A DNA stretch of 61,143 nt, the filler included, from Squatina squatina (lineage: Eukaryota): NCBI GenBank assembly GCA_031763465.1. It is 4 parts of 3 records of this genome, joined end to end, with 100 filler letters (N's around TTAATTAATTAA, not from the genome) between each part and the next. Parts side by side here need not be neighbours in the genome. Positions count along the whole stretch, not along the records: positions 1 to 14,874 come from JARFOE010000115.1; positions 14,975 to 33,087 come from JARFOE010000001.1; 2 more parts are not named here. The stretch is one strand, 5' to 3'. Position numbers and translations under genes: made by a program. The notes beneath the pieces are model-generated. The model ran no database searches, was not told where the DNA came from, and saw only the letters and a list, made by a program, of their open reading frames with translations. This document shows positions 11,059 to 23,899 of this stretch, piece by piece; position 1 is the first letter of the stretch, and each line of letters opens with the position of its first letter.

Positions 11059-13082
11059 CCTGTGCTGCAGCTCTGAAGCATCTTCAGCATAAGGTTNNNN
11101 NNNNNNNNNNNNNNNNNNNNNNNNNNNNNNNNNNNNNNNNNNNNNNNNNNNNNNNNNNNNNNNNNNNNNNNNNNNNNNNNNNNNNNNNNNNNNNNNGTTT
11201 TTTCTGGTACCTCTGGAGGTAGTGGCATTCTCAAATATAAATGTTGCCTTTATAAACAGAGGCTGACCGTTTTTATGGCTTTAGTCATGATTTATGATCC
11301 AATCAACTCCTGATTAAATTGGATTTTCACCCAAAAATTGATTTCAACACATTGTTGAGTTTTTTTTCTCTGATTAAGCAGAGATGGATGATTCAGACTG
11401 GCTAAAATACAATTAAAAAAAAAATCAATTTTCTACCAAAGTTTCAATTTCCTGCCTGGTGGAAATTTGGTGGAAATTTAGTTTTAAGAGAACACAGGCA
11501 TGTCATGTGGTACATTTGCAATCCACGTTTTATATATACATGCTATATATAATAAACATACTTATAATTAAGACTGAAAAGTATAATAAATTGTTGTTGT
11601 GCTATTGACCTATTTCCCATTCCGTTTACTGTGTCTCTTAGTCATCTGGCCAGGGGTTACTGTGTTCAATTATTCAGATGTTGTGAGTTGTCAGGATACA
11701 TTTTTTCTACAAAGAAGTAAGGACAAATGATGTTGTTGTGTTTTCATTGTTNNNNNNNNNNNNNNNNNNNNNNNNNNNNNNNNNNNNNNNNNNNNNNNNN
11801 NNNNNNNNNNNNNNNNNNNNNNNNNNNNNNNNNNNNNNNNNNNNNNNNNNNAAGAAGGCACCAGTAGAGCCCAAACAACAGGCGCTTCATAATCGAATTT
11901 TCAGACTAGTATCTTCTAAATAAACTAGACCCACCAGAAACACATTTCTTGGCAAGGCCGATACGTGTTGACCACGATTTAAGTGTAACAGAGCCCCACT
12001 GTATATAATCTTCGGCACTTTGTTAGAAAATTTAACTTAAAAGGTTTCAGTTATCCTCCAATCAATGCTAAAAATCATAAAACTTCAATCAAGATATTTT
12101 AAATATATTTTCTTTTATACTTTTCCCTCAAACAAAATTCAGTTTTTACACCTTAAACTAGCCATGGAGTTTGAAATACTAGAAAAGTATGGAATTTAGG
12201 TTGAACAGGAATGAGTAATGTATAAAAAATGTTTTATTTGGTTGGAAACTACAATATACCTGCACAATGCAATAGTGCTAGCATAAACTAAATTGACATC
12301 GATGACACATTGTGCTTTGAACAAATACTTTCTACCTAAGTACCATGTGAAGTCATTTGGAGCAGTGCAAACATCCAACAGCTGAAAAATCACACCTATC
12401 AATACGTGTTGAATTTTGCAAATGTCGCAGATTGCTGTGACATACTGCAATATTGACACACACTTCATTGCAGTTTATTTGACTCATGTCCCACAACATA
12501 ATGGTTTATCTCTATTTTGGGGAATTATAAAAGTCATTTCCTTTGAGTGCAACACATTTTCTTTACAGTGACGTTAATAATTGTGAACATTTGCANNNNN
12601 NNNNNNNNNNNNNNNNNNNNNNNNNNNNNNNNNNNNNNNNNNNNNNNNNNNNNNNNNNNNNNNNNNNNNNNNNNNNNNNNNNNNNNNNNNNNNNNAGAAT
12701 TGTTTTTTTACAGTAAAACCAGAATATAGTGTCTTTTGACTGGTATGTATTACAGACTAGTTCTGTGTCAATTAATGACTCTTTACTATTGTTATGGGTC
12801 ATTAAAAGGGGATTCTTTCCTGGTATATTTTGTAGAATCAATAGTCACAAAGTCTGCTGAGTCCAGTTGCAGTGCCTGTAATTACTACATGCCAGAGATC
12901 AGTTACCTTGGCATAGACCAATTAATCTGGAACCATTTTGGTCTTAATGGCTCAGTACCTTACTGGGCGGTGCACTTGCCCATCGAGTCACCCAGTGAGC
13001 TGATGTGCCTTTTTAAACAGCTAGCTGATGAGCCCAACCTGCTGCATCATGTCAGACATAATCTTCCTTTCTGTTCCCCAAG

Positions 13083-13281
13083 GTGTGCTTGGAGCATGCT
13101 AGTCACCTACTGTGTAATGGAAAGCTGGATGAAGCCTACAGGGAACTGTCTTTAGCTGAAACATGGAGATACGGAGAAAAATCAGCATCTCAGCAAAGAT
13201 TGTTTAAACTCATTCAGGGCTACAGGGCGTTGCTTGATTATTATACATGGGTTAAAAAGAATCGTGCTCTTCAGGAGCGAG
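13083..13281 (+). CDS. TAF1A: TATA-box binding protein associated factor, RNA Pol I subunit A, internal exon
   Basis: ccaAG/GTaagt; VCLEHASHLLCNGKLDEAYRELSLAETWRYGEKSASQQRLFKLIQGYRALLDYYTW matches TAF1A (AETWRHG...LLQYYTW); ends in phase 1. Confidence 0.9.
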
Positions 13282-13439
13282 GTAAGTGATAATTGTGGGG
13301 TCATAACATAAGTTGCTACTCTTCGTCCTGCTTGAGTCTAATGAGATAACAGGAAATCCTCTAATTGGAGTTTCCACTTCCTGCAAATGTATGCCTGTCT
13401 ACTGAAGTGTGCTTTTAAAAGTTGAAATTTTAAAACAAT

Positions 13440-14082
13440 GGCCCCGATATTTGTGGTGATGGGGCAGTTGTACAGTCGGGCTCCTCCAGTCCTGTTGAAC
13501 TCAACAGTGGGACCTGATTAACATTTTTTGTCTGTTTCCTGACCGCAGCCAGCCAGAGTGAGAGGCTGGCCTGCTGTTGAGCGGGTAGGCCTTCAGCATC
13601 AGGCCACAGCCAGAGAGGGAGAAATTGGAAAGACCTGGGATGGGGAGAAATCATGNNNNNNNNNNNNNNNNNTGGGGAGAAATCATGGCTCGCGAGGGGT
13701 CGGCTGAATGTGGGAGTGGTTTACCGGTAGCTTGATGCGGGGGGGTGGAAGAGATCATGCTTCTCTGGGTATACTCCTGCTCCTCGCGGCCCATAAGCAA
13801 TGTTGGAAGGACACTTGCCTGTTCCATCAAGCATTCCTCGCCTCCCCTTTAGCTCAGGAAACCCGACCAGCCAGCGTAAAATTGAGCTGAAATCGGAGAC
13901 GTGTCGCCTCATCAAAATATTTAAATCAGCGACCTGCCTCCTGGGAGTGGGTTGGTTGCCCGCACCCCGTCCCGGAATGGGTGGGTTCAATGCGGGTTGG
14001 GTTCTGGTTTGAGATTTTTTTTTACTTTTTATCATCTCACCTGACCCTAACCCACCTGTTTTGGGAGGTTAAAATTCCCCCC
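13440..14082. mobile_element. Harbinger-type MITE in a TAF1A intron
   Basis: GC-rich insert with imperfect TIRs (GGCCCCGATATTT and AAAATTCCCCCC), flanked by AAT on both sides (13437-13439, 14083-14085). Confidence 0.6.
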
Positions 14083-14199
14083 AATATGCCTTTTCTTTCC
14101 TACCTCACCATTTGTGAATCTTAGAATAGTAAAATCTAGTGTGCTTTCTTTTGGTAAAGATTAGTTTTCATTTTTACAGGCAGCTGAAATAACCCCATG

Positions 14200-14660
14200 C
14201 TTGAATCTCTGCAATAAGGGTTCTGTCCCGCCACAGCACTGAAACGACCCTAACCAAAGTCACAAATGACATCCTCTGTGCATGTGACCATGGTGCAATA
14301 TCTCTTTGTTCTTCTTGACCTCCTCTGCCGCATTTGAGACGTTGACCGCACTGTCCTCCCCAGCACCACCTCTGTTATGCAGCGCAATAGGATTGCAATT
14401 TTCACTCTGCCTATCCTAGCCAGAGTATTTCTAGCAATAGCTTCTCTTTCCATCCTCACACCGTTGTCTCTGGAGTTCCCCAAAGACCTGTCCTTGATCT
14501 CTTCCTCTTCTTCATTAGCATTCTCCCCCTAAGTGGCATCAGCCAAAGACCAATCTCTTTCTTTGGGACTGGTGTTGATTTTTGTCTGACTACCCTCCTG
14601 GGATGGGCCTTGGGGCATTTTTCTGCATTTTAAAGGTACTATATAAATGCAAGTTGACCT
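14200..14660 (+). mobile_element. L2-clade LINE RT remnant plus 3' tail
   Basis: RHSTETTLTKVTNDILCACDHG...VLLDL and SGVPQ-like motifs; tail AAAGGTACTATATAAATGCAAGTTG. Confidence 0.7.
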
Positions 14661-14701
14661 TTTTTTTTTATACAAGAACTAATATTGTATTCCAAAACTA
14701 G

Positions 14702-14826
14702 CTGATGCAGTTGATTCAGCGACAGCACAAGAGATGCACAACTATTTCCGACAAGCCTCTATTGGCCTACACGATGCTGTAGAAAATCCTGGTGTTTGGG
14801 ATCCCTTTATACTTGGTTATGTAAAT
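14702..14826 (+). CDS. TAF1A: TAF1A next internal exon
   Basis: ctAG/GTaagt; phase-1 start fits the previous exon; (A)DAVDSATAQEMHNYFRQASIGLHDAVENPGVWDPFILGYVN contains the conserved PGVWDPF. Confidence 0.88.
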
Positions 14827-14874
14827 GTAAGTTTTGCTACTTTTGAGTGATTAATCCATAACTTTATAAAACTT

Positions 14875-14974
14875 NNNNNNNNNNNNNNNNNNNNNNNNNN
14901 NNNNNNNNNNNNNNNNNNTTAATTAATTAANNNNNNNNNNNNNNNNNNNNNNNNNNNNNNNNNNNNNNNNNNNN
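14875..14974. other. Artificial scaffold-joining linker
   Basis: N44-TTAATTAATTAA-N44, with stops in all six frames. Confidence 0.95.
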
Positions 14975-15708
14975 GTCTCACCAGAACACATTGCCTTTCC
15001 CAAATTTATAATGCAGCATAGGAAAGGCTTGAACACTGACATTCTTTTTCAAATCACACTTGCTAGGGTGAGAGGCAAGATGGTGGTCAGGGAGGAAGAG
15101 AATCCTAATATTTGTAATTGTTTTAAATATTCTGGGTGAACAGCCGCCATCATTTGTGGAGGATATCACAGCCACTCTCAAATGGTGCCCACGCATGTGC
15201 ACTCGAATAGGAACCAATGGAGTTTGTTTAACGAACAGCTGAACGAAGCAGGCACAAAAATTCCAGATTGGATCCTTATGGTGACAGTTGGGCGTTGCAC
15301 TTGCCTCAGTATCCTCACAGTGGGAGGGAAAGGTGTCTAGGGTTCCCACACCTAATCACTATCCGTTGAGGAGGACATGAATGTGGCGCCACTTATAGTC
15401 GAATAGCTCACCAATACTCACTGCCAAGGCTCACATATCAATAATGACCACTTCTGTGAGGTACCAGAGGGTGGCCAGCACTACAGCACCCTTCTCCAGC
15501 ATAGAATGGAAAAAATTCAAGCAAAATATTTTGCTGACAGTCACATGCATTATTGATTATTTGCAACTGTTTTTTAGCTTTGGATATATTTCTGTATATG
15601 GATGTGAGTCCTTACCAAATTTAGACTTGCTCAGGTCCTGCCTTCACATTCTAAACTCCCATTGGTAAAACACCTTTCTATTGCTATAACTCTGTTATTT
15701 CTTATAAG

Positions 15709-16287
15709 GTGGAAGCTGGCCATCAGTGGTATTTGCAAGTCATCTACATTATTGGACCAGAATCACTTTCTGGACCACGGGTTCAGCGCTCACTTAGCTA
15801 CCAACTCCCACGCCAAAAGCGAGATCTGGTGGACAAGAATGGCAAGCTGACACTTGACGACTCTTTGATTTATGACAACGAGAACGATCAGGTCAAGAAT
15901 GGCACCAACATGAAGAACTTAAGGCTGGAGTCCGAAACTATGGCATCGACCTCACACAAAGAGGCATCAATAGGCGGTGCTCTCGCTGCTGTAATGCTGC
16001 TACTCCTCTTCCTCACTGCTGCTTGCTTTATAGCAAGAAAATGTAAACATAAGAAGAAATTGCCGAAGGAGTTCCCAGAGGACTATCTACTGAACACAAA
16101 AGTTGAAATTTGCAACAAAACACTGAACAGGCTGGAGAAGAACTTAAATGGCAAGCACTGCACAGTGAAGAATATCAACATATTAAATGCAAATGATGAT
16201 ATCATTCGGGTAAAGGGTGTCAAGGTTAAGCAGGTAAACCTCAACATTAAGCTCCAAAATAACTTACAGGATGGAACAGAGGTTTGA
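15709..16287 (+). CDS. FRAS1: Fraser extracellular matrix complex subunit 1, final coding exon (TM helix and cytoplasmic tail)
   Basis: cttataAG acceptor; VEAGHQWYLQVIYIIGP...DDSLIYDNENDQVKNGTNMK...TM...NNLQDGTEV*, ending in the FRAS1 PDZ-binding tail. Confidence 0.95.
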   Translation: MEAGHQWYLQVIYIIGPESLSGPRVQRSLSYQLPRQKRDLVDKNGKLTLDDSLIYDNENDQVKNGTNMKNLRLESETMASTSHKEASIGGALAAVMLLLLFLTAACFIARKCKHKKKLPKEFPEDYLLNTKVEICNKTLNRLEKNLNGKHCTVKNINILNANDDIIRVKGVKVKQVNLNIKLQNNLQDGTEV

Positions 16288-18797
16288 TGATCGACAAATT
16301 TTATTACAAAATTTGTATTTTTTTTTGTTGGGGGCAGGGTAGGGGAAGAGTGCTGACTTAAAAAAATATTGTTAAAGAAAAGGGAAGCTGGTTTGAGTGG
16401 TAGTGATTGTGCAGTGTGATCCATTTTGCAATTGAGCTACCTCATTCTATGCAAGCATGTACCGCATTAACCACAGTACTCATTAAATCAGGTGCATATC
16501 TGTTCATGAGCTCTTCTGAAAAATAGATGCCTTTGGTGAAGCATCTTCTGTCTCCCCCAAACCCCCTACTCTGCAGCCCACCTCCATCCACACATCCTGC
16601 CCACTCTCCTCTGTTGTGACTGGAAGTGAAGCTGTCTTAGAATAATAAGGAAGCGATGGAGAGCCATTGAGAGGAATTATACATATATATATCAGCCAAT
16701 GATTGTGAGATCTACTACCCCCACACTCCTTTAACAAGATCACACAATCTCAAGGATTAAATGGCCGCATGGCAGACAAATCATCTTTCAGTAGCCATGT
16801 CATGTTTATGAAAATAATTGGAATCCATTTTAGACCTGCATTTTAGAGCAGTTAAGCTTATATGCAAATCTATTTGTTTAAACTTCTGTATATATCACAT
16901 TAAAATGATATGCGTGTATAAAACAATCTGCATAAAAGCACATAACTCTAGCCTGTTAGATTCAAAAATATGTCAGTTACAATTATCTGATGTTTTGTGG
17001 GTCTGCAATTTCTCAGGATAACTGCCAAGTGGAGATACATGGGAAATTTTAGCTTGGCCACTAAGTTGTTGGAGTGAGCAGCATCGAGAACACATATTAA
17101 GATTAACTGATACCATGAATTATTAACATTAACATGTTTTTTTTCAGATGACTGGGTGGAGATGCTTTCTAGGTGCTTTAAAACCAAGTGCTAGGGCACC
17201 TCATCAGAGGCGCCACAGAGAAGCAGACCTCCAGTTTACATCTGCAGTTCCTCATGCAATGTCTGCCCAATCCCAGCCATACTATCAAGTTGAGGTGGAG
17301 ATTTAAGATCGAGTGCTGACCCAGGGACAAGTGGGAAGAGTCACCCTGAGCTGCTCTCATGCACCTTCTTGGAACTGGGGAATTTGAATAGCTATATGGT
17401 GCATGGCATGGCCCAAGGGAAACCCAAGGAAGGGAAAGTGGGAGGAATGCAAACACCTCTGCATCATTGCAGTTATGTATAGTTGGGAAAAAAATTGTCT
17501 GTGCACAGCATGGTGTATTTTGCACAGACACAAACTAATTGTACTGCATCTGTTGAGCTGCTCAGCTTCGAGCCACCACTGTAATTGTGGAGGGTCCCTC
17601 AATCTGCCCAAGTGGAATTGGCTACTGATCACAAATTAATGGGAGACCCATGTGTTCGTGCGTGAAGTGCAGGCTAAACTCAGTAATTGCTCACGATCAG
17701 CGTGAAACGCTGACAGCTAGCACGAACAAACTGAGCTCACCTTCTAGCTCGTTTCATCATTGGTGGTGCCCGGCNNNNNNNNNNNNNNNNNNNNNNNNNN
17801 NNNNNNNNNNNNNNNNNNNNNNNNNNNNNNNNNNNNNNNNNNNNNNNNNNNNNNNNNNNNNNNNNNNNNNNNNNAGATGGCCACCTGCCCAACAATTTGG
17901 CCACATTGGTGACCAAATTCAGCAGTGACAGTGCCCGGATTTTGGGCGCTTTCACACGGTGGAGAGTGATCTTTTAAGTATTTTTTTAAAGAAAATCAGC
18001 GTAAAATTTTTTTTTTTTAATTCACATTTTTTTTAACTAAATATTAAAACACTGTTAGCACCCCCAGTGTATTCTCGGTTTCAGTGTTTTTTTAAACAAA
18101 TATCAATTTACTATGTACTGTATTATATACTGTTGCTTTTATAACCTGTGTAGAGGAGTAGTACAAGTAAACTTCAGGCTTTATGTTTAACTGTTTAATG
18201 GAGCTATGTGACAAATCATATTTGAATTGTAATATTACTGTACTCACGAGAGGACCCCAGCAGACTATGCTGACGGGAAACAATAGCACACCACTGTCCT
18301 CAATTATTCTATTATGTATCTGTGATAAAACAAGAAACTGTCAACATTTCCTTTTCAGTATGGATCAGCCCACTTGGCAAGCACTTATCCATGCTGTTAA
18401 CTGAGTGATCCAGTTGTGGTGCTGTATTTTTATCTTTACACCAGTATGTTGAGCTAATGATATGAGTAAACTGACTGCTGAGTTACCTAACATGAGGTTT
18501 TTAACTAATAAAGAACATTTTATTTAATGTGAATTAATCTTGTCTGTTTTTTAGAATTATTTCATACCTTTTTTACATTTTCACCAAAGCATTTTTCAAC
18601 CAACATTTATGTGTCAACACAGAACAAATTGATCTGTTATTTTGACTCTGAATCGCATTCGGGCATTCGGAGGACATGGAAGGGGCTATACAAATACAAG
18701 TTTTTTCTTTGAGGCACAGAAAGAGGAAGAATTAAGTGGAAATAGGCCAATTACAGGTTATATTATAGATATAACTTTGCACAACAATAAGATCAAG

Positions 18798-18976
18798 AGG
18801 GAGATTTTAACTTTCACCATTTGGAACGGTAAATTCAGTGTTGAGGATTGGCTGCCTGTTATACACCTTGCCCAAATTTCCTTTCCATTGACTTAAATGG
18901 AAATGAAAATCAGGTAGGATGTATAACAAGCAGTGGATCCGCAACGCTGAGCTTACGCCTGATGGTGAAATCTACT
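18798..18976. mobile_element. Short palindromic MITE, decayed copy
   Basis: CTGCCTGTTATACA...TTTCCATTGACTTAAATGGAAA...TGTATAACAAGCAG inverted symmetry; same family as 42566-42742. Confidence 0.55.
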
Positions 18977-19054
18977 TAAAATGTAAATGAAGTCTAATGT
19001 GCAGTTCTCAAAATAAAATTGCTTTTTTTAAGTTGCATAAAAAGAGCTAAATGA

Positions 19055-19565
19055 CTTTAAGGGACATTGATAGATTACGTGAGGTGGAAAAACTGTGGCA
19101 GATGGAGTTTAATGTGGGGACATGCAAGGTCATCCAGTCTGGACATAAGGAACGTAGATCAGAGTGTTTTCTAAATGGTGAGAAGGTAGGAACCCAGGAG
19201 GAGCAGAGTGATTTAGGGGTCCAAGTACAAAAATCAATAAAATCTAGTAGACAGGCACAAAAAAAAAATGAAAAGGCGAATGGAATATTATCTTTTATCT
19301 CAAGGGGACTGGAATACAGGGCATGGGTGGGAGTTGTTAGTTATGTTAGAGTTGTATGAAGCTCTGGTTAGACCACATCTGGAGTACTGCATTCAGTTCT
19401 AGGCACCGCACCTCAGGAAGCATATATTGGCCTTGGAGGGGGAGCAGCGCAGATTTAGCAGAATGATTCCGTGGGCTAAAAGGGCCAAATAATGAGCTTT
19501 GGTTACATAAAGTAGGCTTTATGTATTCCCTTTCGTATAGAAGCTTAAGAGGTGATATAATTGAG
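19055..19565 (+). mobile_element. CR1 LINE RT C-terminal region, degenerate
   Basis: WQMEFNVGTCKVI, DLGVQV, KANGILSFISRGLEY, LYEALVRPHLEYCIQF*APHLRK. Confidence 0.85.
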
Positions 19566-19725
19566 NNNNNNNNNNNNNNNNNNNNNNNNNNNNNNNNNNN
19601 NNNNNNNNNNNNNNNNNNNNNNNNNNNNNNNNNNNNNNNNNNNNNNNNNNNNNNNNNNNNNNNNNAGTAATTCATAATTATCACATTGTTAAAAGGGTAC
19701 TTAGACTGAAATGACAAGACTTAAT

Positions 19726-20260
19726 AGCCGCGAAATTCAGCAACTCAGCACCGGTCGTTATGGCATTTTTTACAAATGGTGTCCGCCTCGCTTCCGCCCA
19801 CTTCTGGCACGGCTCGATCTGTTTGCCATCTTGGTGAGGCCAATTTCGCAGGTGGGACGCGCGTGCGCGGCAGAGAAGGCAGATCATGACATCACGCTGA
19901 CTTGACGCATGACCTGACGTTTTCGATGTCGCTGCTCCATTCAACATTCTCTCCTAAACACCCACAGCTGACCCCCCATCAGCACCGATTAAAGGGATAA
20001 TCCAACTTGCAGGTAAGTTGATTATTGCTTTTGCATTGGCTCTTGCAGAGTTTGTAGGAGTACTGAGGTGCTGGAAGACATTTCAAAAGGGAGTGCTGCT
20101 GGAATTTGGGAAGGTGTTGGCTTCTACTGGAAGGCCTCTGAGTACACCACCTGATCCCAGTCATGGGGATCCCATGCAGGCTCCCATCGCACTGCAGCAC
20201 GACAGGGAGATGCAACAGAGGCAGCAAAGAAGACAAGCTGCTCACAGAGGGAGGAGGAGG
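19726..20260 (+). mobile_element. Harbinger left arm with the transposase N-terminus
   Basis: Terminus GCCGCGAAATTC, TGACATCA and TTAAAGGGA motifs, then PIALQHDREMQQRQQRRQAAHRGRRR (Arg-rich, of the type leading into RRRALCRRPYP at 51494); cut by a gap. Confidence 0.55.
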
Positions 20261-20640
20261 NNNNNNNNNNNNNNNNNNNNNNNNNNNNNNNNNNNNNNNN
20301 NNNNNNNNNNNNNNNNNNNNNNNNNNNNNNNNNNNNNNNNNNNNNNNNNNNNNNNNNNNNATTACAGTGAATGTAAGTGTAATGAGCTACATTCATTGGA
20401 TGTTTTGGGATGTTATCCTCTCTTGCATTGTAATGACAAACTAATTTGTGGCAAACTCCCTATTACACAGTGTCATTAGAGCAGAATATCTCTACTTTGA
20501 TCGGTCAAAATGTACTGAAAGATCAATGACATTTGTTTACAGATAATGTACCAGAAAAACTGAATCATGCCAGTAAAGTAACTGAACATGTTATGCAAAT
20601 GCCACTTTTAATTTACTTAAATATAATTTCATTTAAACAG

Positions 20641-20728
20641 GTTGGGAGCCGTGGGACCGTGAAAGATTGCACATGCTTCAATGTCGGCAGGGATGCTGAT
20701 AATCTTCGCAAGGCGATAATAGGACTAG
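20641..20728 (+). CDS. ANXA3: Annexin A3 early coding exon
   Basis: aaacAG/GTaggc; VGSRGTVKDCTCFNVGRDADNLRKAIIGLG resembles ANXA3 VGHRGTVRD...DAEAIQKAIRGIG; lies between FRAS1 and BMP2K. Confidence 0.85.
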
Positions 20729-20989
20729 GTAGGCATATGTTAAATCTGGACCTGCATTTTAAAAACGAACTTTGAATTCTAATTATTTGCCACTATTATT
20801 TTGGCAGAGACCGTATTTTAAAATGTTTATTAATGTTTTCTCTTTAGAGCTTGCTCTTGTTACAAGCTGTTTACTAATAAATAACAGTGAGGTTATTAAT
20901 TAAAGTACACATAATGAATATTAGAAACTCATATTTGTCTAGATAAACTTTTATGAAAGGTGATCTCAAATCTTTACTCCCATTGTCAA

Positions 20990-21212
20990 ATGGTAAGAAT
21001 GTGGAACTCACTATCACATAGTGTGGTTGAGGTGAATAGCATAGATGCATTTAAGAAGAAGCTAGATAAGCACATTAGGGAGAAAGTAATAGAAGAATAT
21101 GTTGATAGGGTTAAATTGATGTAAGGTGGAAGGATACTCAGGTGGAGCATAAACATTGACATAGATCTGTTGGACCAAATGGCCTGTTTCTGTTCTGTAC
21201 AATTATATGTAA
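20990..21212 (+). mobile_element. CR1 LINE 3' end
   Basis: Homologous to 5830-6050. Confidence 0.75.
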
Positions 21213-21324
21213 TTTAAAGTTAATGTGGAAAAGGTTAGAATAATTTTTCTCCTTTCTTCCTGGTCTTTATAGCTCAGCAGATTATGGACATAAGAATAGC
21301 CTGGAATTTTCACAGGAGTTCTGG

Positions 21325-21795
21325 GGGGGCCTAATTGGTCTGCTTTAGACACGTGACAGCACCGAACAGTGGCGCCACCCGGGCACTAAAGCAACACAAA
21401 GTAAAAAATTTTCAATTTTAGCAATTGGGCCTGGCGCTCCGGCGGCGCTAAGGCCTCGTTGCGGGGATGCCATTGACGCCGGGGTAAGGCGTGCAATGGA
21501 ATTGGAGGGTGGCTCATTGGTGAGGCCCCAGGTGTTGATAACGGCAGATTTTACCTGTCGTTGCCAAGACAGGTTAAAGGCGCGGTGACAGCGCTGCTGG
21601 CCGCCATGGTTTTACATCAGTGACTTAATCGCCTGGATTGGCCGCCATTGCCGCTAGCCCCAATTCCTGGCATGCTCTCTGGCATGCCGGCATGTTTCAC
21701 TGCCTAGATCCGGCTCCCTGGTGATCCAGCGGTGCTGGGCAGACTCCGATGCAGCAGCCTGAGGCCCACCCCTTTAAGGCAGAGGGCGGGGCCGC
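21325..21795. mobile_element. Harbinger MITE arm, same family as 52230-52772
   Basis: GGGGGCCTAATTGGTCTGCTTTAGAC...GCACTAAAGCA matches the reverse complement of the 52772 end; cut by a gap. Confidence 0.6.
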
Positions 21796-22499
21796 NNNNN
21801 NNNNNNNNNNNNNNNNNNNNNNNNNNNNNNNNNNNNNNNNNNNNNNNNNNNNNNNNNNNNNNNNNNNNNNNNNNNNNNNNNNNNNNNNNNNNNNNTACCT
21901 TGCCCCAACGACAGAGGCGACCCACCTTTTCATAGGGCTTTTCGAATGGGCTTTTGCTAGATTTGATGGTTCCACTTCTGCCTGGTGAAAATATAAGCTG
22001 GGTAGATTCGTGCCAGGAGGGCAAGCTAGCTCTACTCTTCCAAAACCAGCACTGCAACATAAAAGTGTCTGAAGCAACTATAACATTCTCACTAGCAGCT
22101 TTGAGTGATACTCAGGGTTTATGATTTTAGCAATAAAAATCAGCACCAAATGTTAAATTTGGTGGCATTTTATTGGTTAAAACTGAAAAGTGTAATGTTA
22201 GGAATTTCCTCAGGGCTTCTCTGTTCTCAGACAAGAGACTGAACCTCAAACCATACTGCTGTATATGGGTCATAAAAATATTTGCCACTGAGATCCCGGT
22301 CAGGGAAACCCAGGGAATTCCGAATTTTGCTGAAGGGGAAGGCCATTGTGGATGGATTTGGTTAGGACAATCTAACGTCTCACCCTCCCATAATCATCTA
22401 TCATGTTTGAAAAAAACAAGCAATACGTAAATTTAAAAAAGATGTACTAATGTTGATGAGATGGCCACCAATCTACCTTAGTAGGGTTTGCCATGCTGT

Positions 22500-22833
22500 T
22501 CACTCCAAGAACTTGCAATGACATCAGTGGCATGCTACAGAAGTCCTGATTTTTGTAGCAGCCCTCACATTTAAGAGAGGCCTGGCCGCGTTGCTGACGT
22601 CAGCACGTTGCAGTGACGCTGATGCGGCGCACCTGACATTGCTAGCATGGCACTGAGACCACGCCAGCAGCGTCCCCAGCCAGCTGCCCCAGTACCTCCC
22701 AGGAGCGAGGCCAGCATCGCTGTGCCTCGCTCCCACCCCGGAACAGCAAATGACAGGGCGGGAGCCAGCACGAGAAATGCCGGCTCCTGCCCTACTATCG
22801 CTCCGAAGCAATGCAGGTGAATTTTGCCCCCCC
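22500..22833. mobile_element. Harbinger-like arm
   Basis: GC-rich; TGACGTCA at 22595; ends GGTGAATTTTGCCCCCC. Confidence 0.45.
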
Positions 22834-23676
22834 TGGACTTGGGCTTAAACTGCTAAACAACTTTATTCAACAGTGAAAGTAACAATAGCAGTAACACAAT
22901 ATATACTTTAGCAGCAGCTTTTTAAATACTACAGACAGACTCTCCAAGTTGAACAAGACAGGTTGATAAATGTCCTTAAAAAGTGGGTGTACCGAGGCAG
23001 TTTTAACTAATAGTGTTAAATTCAAAATGCTGTCCACCAAACATATTTGAATAAGTCTCACATGATGCTTGTATTTGAATTGAACAGTCTATTCCCCATC
23101 ATTGGACAAAAGCCATAAGCAAACTGACTAAAATTTATATCACTTTAAGCTGAGATATGGGCAGTGGGATTAAAACGTGCCGAACAAGGTCCAATTTCAG
23201 AAACCAACACCTTGTGCCCCAAAGATATCTAAAAAAATGTCCAATCCGAGATGGGGGTCAGACCATTTTCCATGCGCCCAGGATGGCTGCCTAAAACAGG
23301 CATTGGACTCCTTGCATATGTTCTGAGAAATTGGGCTGCCCTGAGCTGATCAAGTGTCATGCCTGCTCTGCCCAGGTTTTCTAGATGTGGATGCAGCCTA
23401 GCCAGCAGTCGTCACTGCAATTATTTAAAAAAAAATTGATGTGGAAGCAAAAGGGGCAGAAGTGCTCCTCCTGGTTCCACAGAACTCCTGCTATCCGCGA
23501 TCACAGCCCTTCCGCTGAGACCTACCTGTGGGCGGCAGCCATGAGGCAGGCGGTCTGAAACTTCGAAACCTAATTCNNNNNNNNNNNNNNNNNNNNNNNN
23601 NNNNNNNNNNNNNNNNNNNNNNNNNNNNNNNNNNNNNNNNNNNNNNNNNNNNNNNNNNNNNNNNNNNNNNNNNNNN

Positions 23677-23880
23677 GGGAGGAACAGGTGACTTTGCACC
23701 TATGGTTCCCAGAACTCTCCACCCCTGGGGGTTCTCCTCACCTCATGTCCGGGTCTGTTGTTGACTCATTGATCGAGACTCATCGCTGTGATTGGTCAAC
23801 AACTCCATTGGCGTTGTATCATGTGACTACCAGGTTAGGGGAAGGCGAACTAGATGAACCTCAGTCTTTTCTTGTCTAGA
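23677..23880 (+). repeat. LINE (probably CR1) 3' UTR fragment
   Basis: Second copy at 45915-46115 (GACTTTG..CCT.TGGTTCCCA...CCTCACCTCATGTC.GGGTCTGTTGT...GAAGGCGAA.TAGATG). Confidence 0.55.
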
Positions 23881-23899
23881 AATTCCTATGTACAATAGA

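Noticed and set aside
11960-12003. Tc1/mariner-like terminus (revcomp TA-CAGTGGGGCTCTG)
   Set aside because: Only one end is visible; the other would lie in the gap
14919-14930. TTAATTAATTAA palindrome, seen three times, as a biological motif
   Set aside because: Always centred in 44+44 Ns; an artificial linker
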